Positions 63,832 through 64,000 of a stretch of 64,000 nucleotides of DNA are shown in pieces. The notes beneath the pieces are model-generated. The model made no database searches and was not told where the DNA came from. It saw only the letters and a list, made by a program, of their open reading frames with translations. How positions within the stretch are numbered: position 1 is the first letter of the stretch; every line of letters begins with the position of its first letter. The position numbers and the translations under genes were made by a program. Source of the DNA: Ophelia neglecta (taxonomy: Eukaryota). Location: assembly GCA_965285935.1 (NCBI GenBank), contig OZ260664.1, positions 58,342,001-58,406,000 of the forward strand, in the 5' to 3' direction.

Positions 63832-64000
63832 GTAAGTTAATAGATTATCATGTTAAGGTTAATTAATTAATAGAATTGGCAAATGTCAAACTGAACAATC
63901 ATATTCTTGTAAGTCTAGACATGCATCTTCACTATTTTTTTGAAATTAATTATGTTAAAATATAATAATTTGCCATTGCATTAAGGTAACAGGGTGCTAG

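Overview
AT-rich, intron-rich animal genomic DNA, most likely a mollusc or related lophotrochozoan judging from a MetaSINE-like repeat and gene style. It is not prokaryotic, so most short ORFs in the track are noise. Four host genes were reconstructed exon by exon from splice signals, frame continuity and recalled protein similarity: (1) the 3' part of tomosyn/STXBP5 (+, 24..23825); (2) a complete 24-coding-exon HACE1 ankyrin-HECT E3 ligase (-, 29848..41331, 968 aa); (3) a glycolipid transfer protein with an intronless CDS (+, 46655..47302); (4) the 5' part of a Tec/Btk-family kinase (+, from 54118; PH, Btk motif, Pro-rich region, start of SH3). The most unusual structures are: (a) tomosyn intronic minisatellites whose repeat unit is the exon junction itself, namely 15 copies of a 3' splice site plus exon start and 7 copies of an exon end plus 5' splice site, with the real site at the array edge in each case; (b) a phase-matched, apparently mutually exclusive 1042-nt versus 82/142-nt exon pair in the tomosyn hypervariable region; (c) a 1380-bp almost fully palindromic foldback/Mutator-like element with a perfect 9-bp TSD and mirror-duplicated nested MITEs between the HACE1 and GLTP 5' ends; (d) a GC-rich, frameshifted, antisense orphan coiled-coil ORF in a Tec intron, capped by a perfect 32-bp hairpin. 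No database searches were run; homology calls rest on recalled family motifs.
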